Part shown: positions 50,501-53,537 of the stretch, one piece after another
Position numbering within the stretch: the first letter of the stretch is position 1
Layout: every line of letters starts with the position of its first letter
Origin: Sphaeroforma arctica JP610
Lineage: Eukaryota
DNA: 53,537 bases
NCBI RefSeq assembly: GCF_001186125.1
Contig: NW_014040510.1
Location: 1 to 53,537 of the forward strand
Reading direction: 5' to 3'
The notes under the pieces: model-generated
Seen by the model: the letters and a program-made list of their open reading frames with translations, nothing else
Databases searched by the model: none
Told to the model about the DNA's origin: nothing
Program-made: the position numbers and the translations under genes

Positions 50501-52628
50501 GATCTTAATTCTCTGATGCCTCGGAATAGCAAACTGCAGTGAAAATACTGAGACAAGTACGTGATGAAGTCTGTACCTTCAATATACAAACAAGTCACCT
50601 TTGAAGCCGCTTGTTGTTATCTTCATCATATGAAGACTATTGGGTTGGCGGCAATGTACTAATATGATATGATGAGACGACATAGAAGCTGGCGAGCGTG
50701 TATAAAGCTTATCAAGTTACAATTATAGACTAAAACCGCACAGACTCGCAGAGTGATGCTGTTCTTCATCACCTAGTCAAAAAGGCGCAAATTCGCAAAG
50801 ATAGGCGACATTATCAACAACTTTGCAGTCCTTCCGCTCGTAGAATCATGTTCACAATATGACTCCTTCAATGTACACCGCACTTCACAAAGCAAACAGA
50901 ACATGTGTACACATACCTCTTCAATCTCAGTAACCCCATCCTGCTTGCCAAAATCTTTCGCCTGGTTTCCAATTAGCATAGCCGCGCTCTCGTTGAAAAG
51001 GATTTCGCTTTCGATACTCCTCACGACCTTCCGCAAATCCTTGTCAGGGGCTTGGTAAGTCTGGACGTAGTGCATACGTTTATAGTTGAGAGATCTTAAA
51101 ACTACTGAAGAAACTGCAGACCTAGACAGTCACCAATCAATATATTTGCGGCTTCGGGTTGAACATGCATATGACTCAAGAATGCTGGGTATGATTATTG
51201 GCACTCATCGTAATCTAACAGCATACTAGACTACACGGAAGCATCTTTGGGAGCACTGTATTGAATCTGGTCATCACCGTTCTTAACCATTACAGACTGG
51301 TGCACCTAGAATGGTTTAGATGTGGTCATCTCCCCGGGGTTTTCATCGATCGCCATAATCCGTTGATGACACGAAAACGTTCGTGTTTTCTCTCCAAGCC
51401 AGTGACTGCTGATATAAGCAAATTCATCTCACACAACTCAAGTGACGGATCTAAATTCTATCTAAACAAACAGCGAATGATCCTATCTACAGGTAGTGCT
51501 TTCGGTCAGTAGCAATTGTCAGCTCTTCAGTTCAATATCGCTTAGATCCGCGATTACAAGCGGTGCCGATACTAAGATCAATCGGTAACCGTCAACTGAC
51601 TTCAGAAAGACGTGCTGAATATACACACGCAGAATAACAGACGGTTGTACCTGTATGTGCTGGATTACTCTGTCCACAACTTTGGGACTGCTGAGAATCT
51701 GCAAGCCATTCTCCTTTTGGAATGCATCCGTCGTAGTGATCGACTTGGCATCCTTGTCGCCGCTGGCCAAACTGTGACCTATTGCAAAGGAGGTGAATGT
51801 TTAACCACTAAGCATGCTCGCTTATAAGACACACTCGTCGATATATCCACTTTAGGCATATTCTTAGTCATCAAAAATCGGTACTTATAAAGATCTCTCC
51901 GTCAGATGCGACTCAAGATATTATCTACGGCAATCCGCTGTACAATAAACATTCATCAACTGGAGAGTTTGAATCTATCGAAGAAGCCCCACTCAAGCGC
52001 TTACCCACACATTAAACGTGCTTATATTTGAAAAAATTGGAATGCCAATATGTTGTGGGAAGACTCACGAGAATTTCAAAAAACTGATAGCGCCCACAAC
52101 TATCTTGGCTTTAGAGTTCTGGTCACACCGTTGAATTATTGAGCTGCATATAAACTGAAAAATTATGTGCATACACACGTGCTCCAAGCCCATCGACCAT
52201 CACAGCTATATAACTATTATGATACACGTCCAAGATTTGTTGTGCCTGAGATCACGATCTATGCAAGGAACAACCACGATCAGACAATCATACGTTTAAA
52301 ATTGCCTATATGAAGTGTGGCAAGAAAGAGATACTTCAACCAACCTTGACCCATGTTTAAAGATCGAAACAATTTTCAAATACTAGCTAGACATACCCTG
52401 CAGGTGAGTCACTATAGGCTTGTCGTACCACAGTTTGGGATCGAAACTATCCAGATACTTCAGTGCATCCTTTCGGAGCTTGTCAGTATCGACAGGAGGT
52501 AGATCACCGAAACAAGCAACATACTGTCTGGAGGCAAAATTGTATTGTCTCTTCCTGACAGTATTCAGTACTGCAGAAGCCGAACGAAAACGCAAAAGCG
52601 TGTTCCGACTCAAAATTGGCATGCTCAT
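47550..52628 (-). CDS. Divergent aldehyde-dehydrogenase-like protein, 7 exons, about 772 aa, probable mitochondrial presequence
   Basis: Exons 52628-52397, 51778-51651, 51060-50917, 50332-50027, 49648-49493, 49260-48717, 48358-47550 give a 2319-nt open frame with GT-AG sites. ALDH-like motifs [21 protein letters not shown]. Confidence 0.75.
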
Positions 52629-53424
52629 TGTACCGCAAGTGCAAATGTGCAGAATGCGCAGTATGATGCACAGTTGTTACCCAAATGTGCCGTAGCAGTC
52701 GTAGAGTATGTAGTATGTGTCGGTGGCTTTTCTGAAGCTGTCAAGTTGAGAATTTAACGCACTACACAATGTTCTATTGGACCACAGCGGTTGTTTGTTT
52801 TTGTCCTTCTGTATGCATTTTGAAGTTTTGACACACAGGGTTCCTTGGGTTTAGAGTTCCTTGTTCAATTTTCAACTTGTGAAATCGTTTGCTGCGAGGC
52901 TGTTTAATATGTAGTGCGGCCGCACATAGTGGATAGACGCGCTGTCATCACCACACCCACATAAGCTCGGTCACACTTTCCGCGAATGCCGCTACATACC
53001 CTTGTGGTTCGCGGGAAGCTATCAATTCTATTGAGTTAAAAATAGAGTATTAATGTGTACAGGCTATTTGCTTTGTAGGCGGTGTGGGTGTTACTTCTGA
53101 GTATAACTTCTTAGAGTGAATGTGAGCGAACACAACGTGTTATCGTGTCAAACTACTTATTCAGATAAAGGTATTGATTAAAGACTATCTGAAAATATTT
53201 TAGGCATGCAATCGTTATCCACTATTGCTTGGACCTATACTGAAATATATTTAGAATAGAAACAGCCGCAGCATTCAATGTCAATTTTCAATAGTAGGCT
53301 ATGAATTCAACTATAATACAGTAACTCCGTAAACAGCCAAAATAAATAAATACATTATACGATCTGGATTCAAATACATCTAGAACAGAAAATGGTAGAT
53401 GTAATGTATATGCACGAACACCAA

Positions 53425-53434
53425 CAAACATATA

Positions 53435-53486
<52 letters not shown>

Positions 53487-53537
53487 TACAAATACCCACC
53501 CACCCACCCACACAAACATATACACATACATACATAC
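53425..53537. repeat. (CA)n microsatellite
   Basis: Seen directly. Confidence 0.95.

Overview
Eukaryotic, intron-containing genomic DNA (GT-AG introns, TA/TG microsatellites, three N gaps); the organism cannot be identified from sequence alone. The left part (3.3-22.4 kb) holds host genes: V-ATPase subunit D, ISCU, an intronless NhaC-type antiporter, an MFS transporter, a divergent MBOAT/wax-synthase-like gene and a cyclophilin. The region from about 23 to 47 kb is a transposon graveyard: a decayed ISL2EU/Harbinger-like DNA transposon, a rearranged Gypsy remnant, a second related Gypsy element bounded by a CAGA target-site duplication, a nested structured LTR-like insert and a LINE. A 7-exon divergent aldehyde-dehydrogenase-like gene closes the window. 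The main finding is that the Gypsy element at 32405-40451 carries a Dam-like N6-adenine DNA methyltransferase domain (DAFAS...NPPW) between RNase H and a DDE integrase. That domain is characteristic of DIRS tyrosine-recombinase elements, not of integrase-type LTR elements. All calls come from manual reading and motif recognition; no database searches were run.
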